The position numbers and the translations under genes are program-made. A stretch of DNA of 62,878 nt, counting the filler, from Candidatus Rokuibacteriota bacterium (GTDB taxonomy: Bacteria; JAUVQV01; DATDCY01): the NCBI GenBank assembly GCA_031406795.1. It is 7 parts of 7 records of this genome, joined end to end, with 100 filler letters (N's around TTAATTAATTAA, not from the genome) between each part and the next. Parts side by side here need not be neighbours in the genome. Positions count along the whole stretch, not along the records: positions 51,455 to 60,119 come from JANOHV010000111.1; positions 60,220 to 62,878 come from JANOHV010000176.1; 5 more parts are not named here. The stretch is one strand, 5' to 3'. This document shows positions 59,298 through 62,878 of this stretch, in pieces (the stretch's first letter is position 1; every line of letters begins with the position of its first letter). Under the pieces are notes generated by a model. It did not search any database, was not told the origin of the DNA, and saw nothing but the letters and a program-made list of their open reading frames with translations.

Positions 59298-59807
59298 GTG
59301 ATGGGCTGTTGTGGAATCAGGAGGTGCGTCACGACGTGTCTCGGAGAATCCCGCCTCGTCTGCCAGCTGGCTTCGATCCTCATCTTATCGGCGCTGACCC
59401 CCGTCAACCCGGCCACCGCGGCGTTCAAGTATCTCAAGCCCGGCATGGAGGCCGCGGATTTCACGCTGCAGACGCTCGACGATCAGGAGTTGACACTGAC
59501 GCGCCTCAAAGAGGGCCCCGCCACGCTGCTGCAGGCGAACCGGCCCGAGGAGACCACGCCGTTTCTGGAGAAGGCACTCGCACTCGACGGAGCTTTCACC
59601 CCTGCGGTCACGGGCCGGGCGCGGGTCCTCGCCCGACAAGGCCGCTCAGCCGAGGCGTTGGCGCTCTTCGCTGCCGCCATCGAACTCAACCCGCGGGACG
59701 CGGCAGTCCTCGCGGGACGAGCGGAGTGCCGCGAGGCGGAGGGGAACCTGGCGGAGGCGACAAAGGATTACCGAAGTGCGCTCGAAGTACTCTTGAAAGT
59801 GAGGTAG
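59298..59807 (+). pseudogene. Redoxin N-terminal fragment joined to TPR repeats (probable internal deletion)
   Basis: LKPGMEAADFTLQTLDDQELTL..PATLL runs straight into TPR helices; the AGGAGG RBS has no in-frame start at normal spacing. Confidence 0.45.
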
Positions 59808-59857
59808 CGGGTGCTCGAGCGGCCGAGGCGGCAGCCGACCAACGCGGGAGACTCGCT

Positions 59858-60119
59858 TCAGGCGGCTTGACCGTGGAGCATCGTCTCCACGGCGGTGATG
59901 AATTCGGAAGGACCGAACCCCTTGCTCAGCACGGGTACGCCGAGTTGCTCGGGCGTGTAGCGATAGGCCGTCACGGCAAGAATCTTGGCAAGCGGGTCCA
60001 CTCCGAGTATCTCGCGAATGGCGGCATCGCCGCTCATGACGGGCATCTGAATGTCCATCAGCACCAGGTCGGGGCGGAACTCCTTCCACATCTGCACTGC
60101 TTCACGGCCGTTCTGGGCC
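59858..60119 (-). CDS. Response regulator receiver domain, 5'-truncated
   Basis: AQNGREAV..PDLVLMDIQMPVMSG..AVTA..LSKG. Confidence 0.85.
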
Positions 60120-60219
60120 NNNNNNNNNNNNNNNNNNNNNNNNNNNNNNNNNNNNNNNNNNNNTTAATTAATTAANNNNNNNNNNNNNNNNNNNNNNNNN
60201 NNNNNNNNNNNNNNNNNNN
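60120..60219. other. Artificial contig linker
   Basis: N-run with TTAATTAATTAA. Confidence 0.99.
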
Positions 60220-60220
60220 G

Positions 60221-61756
60221 GTGTCCCAATCGTTGGATAATGGGGAACCGCTGGTCCTGTCCGTGCCCAACAACGCCTTGAGCCGCCAGATATCCACGCT
60301 GGGTGCGCGATTCGCCGGTGAGGCCCAGGCGAAGCGCGGAAGGACAGCCGTCGCCCCGCCGCCTCCCTCTGGCGGCGATGATAGGACGCAGGTCTTCTCC
60401 CGCGCCCAGATGCTGCTGGAGCAACAGAAACAGCCGAGCGCCCCCCAGGCCGCACCCCAGGTCTCGCTGCACGACATCAAGCGCCGCGTGCACCGCCGCC
60501 TGCTGGAAGAACTCGACCTGCGCAAGCTGGACTTCGCGCGGCTTGACGGCAAAGACGACCAAGCAAAGGATACGCAGGAGAAGGTTCGCCAGGCCATCGT
60601 TTCAATCATCGACGACGAAGATCTCGGCATTGCATCGCGCAATGATCGCAAGGCACTCGCCGATGAGGTCTACGACGAGGCCATCGGGCTTGGCCCGCTC
60701 GAGAAGATCATGCGCGACCCCGACGTGACGGAGATCATGGTCAACGGCAAGGACGACATCTTCATCGAGAAGCACGGGAAGATCCAACAGTTGCCTGACG
60801 GGTTCATCAGCGACGCTCATCTCAGGGGGGTAATCGAGCGCATCGTGGCCCCCATCGGCAGACGCATCGACGAGCGCACTCCGATGGTGGACGCCCGGCT
60901 CTCCGATGGCTCGCGCGTGAACGCGATCATCCCGCCCCTATCGCTCGGCGGGCCGCTGCTGACGATCCGGCGCTTCTCGCGCAAACCATTCACTGCCGAC
61001 AATCTCGTGGCTTTCGGGTCGATCTCTCAGCCTATGGCGACTTTTCTTGAAGCCGCCGTGAAGGCCCGCCGGAACATCCTCGTATCAGGCGGCACGGGCA
61101 CCGGCAAAACAACGCTGCTGAACGTCCTGTCCTTCTTCATCCCCGAAGGCGAGCGCATTGTTACCATCGAGGACTCCGCCGAGTTGCGCCTCTCACAAAA
61201 ACACGTCCTGCGCCTCGAAGCCAGGCCGAAGAACATTGAGGGGGAGGGGGAGGTCGCCATCCGCGACCTCGTGCGCAATGCGCTGCGCATGCGGCCCGAC
61301 CGGATCGTCGTCGGCGAGTGTCGCAGCGGGGAAGCCATCGACATGCTGCAGGCCATGAACACCGGGCACGACGGTTCGCTGACGACGATTCACGCCAACA
61401 GCCCGAAGGAATCCATGTCCCGACTGGAAGTCCTCGTGCTCTTCGCCGGTTTTGACCTGCCGTCGCGTGCAATTCGCGAGCAGATCGCCAGCGCGATCAA
61501 CCTCGTGGTCCAGATCGGGAGGTTCCCGGATGGTACCCGCAAGATTGTGTCTGTCGCCGAAGTCACCGGCATGGATGGCGGCGAGATACTCCTCGAGGAG
61601 ATCTTCCGCTTCCGTCAGACCGGGGCGATGGCTGACGGCACCGTGCAGGGAACCTTCAGCGCCACCGGGTATCGGCCGCCGTTCGTCGAGCACCTGGCGC
61701 GCAAGGGGATTATCCTTGATCCGGGGATCTTCGCGCCGGCAGAGGTCGCGCCATGA
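60221..61756 (+). CDS. cpaF: Tad pilus ATPase CpaF/TadA (probably 5'-truncated)
   Basis: [52 protein letters not shown]. Confidence 0.95.
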   Translation: MSQSLDNGEPLVLSVPNNALSRQISTLGARFAGEAQAKRGRTAVAPPPPSGGDDRTQVFSRAQMLLEQQKQPSAPQAAPQVSLHDIKRRVHRRLLEELDLRKLDFARLDGKDDQAKDTQEKVRQAIVSIIDDEDLGIASRNDRKALADEVYDEAIGLGPLEKIMRDPDVTEIMVNGKDDIFIEKHGKIQQLPDGFISDAHLRGVIERIVAPIGRRIDERTPMVDARLSDGSRVNAIIPPLSLGGPLLTIRRFSRKPFTADNLVAFGSISQPMATFLEAAVKARRNILVSGGTGTGKTTLLNVLSFFIPEGERIVTIEDSAELRLSQKHVLRLEARPKNIEGEGEVAIRDLVRNALRMRPDRIVVGECRSGEAIDMLQAMNTGHDGSLTTIHANSPKESMSRLEVLVLFAGFDLPSRAIREQIASAINLVVQIGRFPDGTRKIVSVAEVTGMDGGEILLEEIFRFRQTGAMADGTVQGTFSATGYRPPFVEHLARKGIILDPGIFAPAEVAP

Positions 61757-62610
61757 TTCTCGCCTTCAAGGCAGCTCTCGCCATTGCGGTCGCCCTGATC
61801 GCCTACTTCACGACCCGCCGCGCGATCACCCAGGTGCTGGCCGGGGAAGGCAACCCCCTCCATAATTACGTCGCCTGGATCACCAAAGGCATGGATTCGA
61901 TGTATTTAGCCGCGAACGACCAGAGATCGGCGGCCATCATCACGTGGTGCGCCGGCGGCAGCGGCGTCGTGGGGCTTCTGGCAACCGGGAACATCCTTGT
62001 GGCAATCGTGGCAGCTCTTCTCGGCGCGCTGCTCCCCGTGCCGGCCATCAACGAAATGCAGCGCCGGCGGCGGTTGAAGTTCGATGCCCAGTTGGTGGAC
62101 ACCCTGACCCTGATGTCGAACTCCCTGCGAGCCGGATTGAGCTTTGTGCAGGCAATCGAGATGGTGGCCCGGGAGATGCCGGCACCGACGTCCCAGGAGT
62201 TTGAACTCGTGCTCAAGGAATTCAAGGTCGGTGTGCCCATCGACGCTGCCCTGGAACGGCTTTCTGCCCGCATGGAGAGCCCGAATCTTGACCTCATGGT
62301 CACTTCAGTGAACATCCTGCGCGAGGTGGGTGGACGTCTGACAGAGACGTTCGACGCCATCGCTTCGACGATCCGGGAGCGCGACAAGGCAGAGACAAAG
62401 ATCCGCACCTTCACCGCCCAGGGGAAGATGCAGGCGTATGTCATCGCGGCGATGCCGTTCGCGCTCGGCTTCTTCCTGCACTTGATCGACCCGGAGTACA
62501 TCAAGCCGATGTACTCGACCACACTCGGGTGGATTATGCTCGTCATCATGGTCACTCTCCAGGTCGTTGGACTGACGGTAATCAAGAAAATGGTACAGAT
62601 ACGGATATGA
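61753..62610 (+). CDS. tadB: TadB-like type II secretion F family protein
   Basis: SLRAGLSF, QEF, GGRLTE; TM pattern; ATGA overlap with cpaF. Confidence 0.9.
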   Translation: MILAFKAALAIAVALIAYFTTRRAITQVLAGEGNPLHNYVAWITKGMDSMYLAANDQRSAAIITWCAGGSGVVGLLATGNILVAIVAALLGALLPVPAINEMQRRRRLKFDAQLVDTLTLMSNSLRAGLSFVQAIEMVAREMPAPTSQEFELVLKEFKVGVPIDAALERLSARMESPNLDLMVTSVNILREVGGRLTETFDAIASTIRERDKAETKIRTFTAQGKMQAYVIAAMPFALGFFLHLIDPEYIKPMYSTTLGWIMLVIMVTLQVVGLTVIKKMVQIRI

Positions 62611-62878
62611 TGACATCACCGTTCCTCCTCCCCGGGCTTCGACTGGCTATAGCCTTTCTGACGGCTTTCAGCGTGTACCAGCTGATGATAGGGTTCTATC
62701 GTCGGCAGGCACTCCGCGACTTGGGTAACCGGCTGAAAGAGGGCGAGGCTGGAAACGAGGTACAGTCGCTCTTCTACCGGCTGCTGCAGCCGCTCTCCCT
62801 GATCCTGCGCCCGCTCTCGAAACTGATGACCTGGGCACCGTACCGCAAGGAGCTGGAGCGGCGTGTCGTGCAGGCCGG
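62607..62878 (+). CDS. TadC-like protein, 5' part
   Basis: Manual translation MMTSPFLLPGLRLAIAFLTAFSVYQLMIGF..RKELERRVVQAG, open to the window end; ATGA overlap with tadB. Confidence 0.7.
   Translation, partial: MMTSPFLLPGLRLAIAFLTAFSVYQLMIGFYRRQALRDLGNRLKEGEAGNEVQSLFYRLLQPLSLILRPLSKLMTWAPYRKELERRVVQA

Overview
This window is not one locus. It is seven draft contigs (1-8899, 9000-15752, 15853-36865, 36966-48594, 48695-51354, 51455-60119, 60220-62878) joined by 100-nt N/TTAATTAATTAA linkers, so adjacency across a linker means nothing. The source looks like a high-GC diderm bacterium (TolC, alpha-2-macroglobulin, Tad, RNase Y); a deltaproteobacteria-like metagenome bin is an inference. Contig 1: groES-groEL with CIRCE, rsmB and a sulfur cluster (iscS, two Cys/Met PLP lyases, YezD/DUF2292, exported rhodanese, cysE). 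Contig 2: purMN, rhomboid, oxidoreductase, a poly-Pro cytochrome c, TolC. Contig 3: a ~13 kb defence island (three type II TA modules, GmrSD-like DUF262 protein, HsdR + M48 with no adjacent hsdM/S, UDG-fold ORF, DUF2779 nuclease, WYL regulator), then alpha-2-macroglobulin. Contig 4: core genes from truA and tRNA-Val through thrS-infC-rpmI-rplT, zapBA, 6S RNA, rny, ymdB to rimP-nusA-infB. Contig 5: murC-murB-ddl. Contig 6: redox and signalling genes. Contig 7: tadABC. Best leads: (1) a 21-bp WYL-type operator found twice, 10 kb apart, with the same TGTCAC-N10-TAnnnT geometry, suggesting one WYL regulon over both the GmrSD-like gene and the DUF2779/UDG-fold operon; (2) a 20-bp perfect direct repeat bracketing the vapBC+GmrSD block; (3) a GNRA hairpin overlapping a leader terminator, divergent from yezD, which may be a protein-dependent attenuator; (4) a structured element shared by the 5' regions of two unrelated genes. 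murC looks chimeric. All family calls are from motif recognition by eye; no searches were run.
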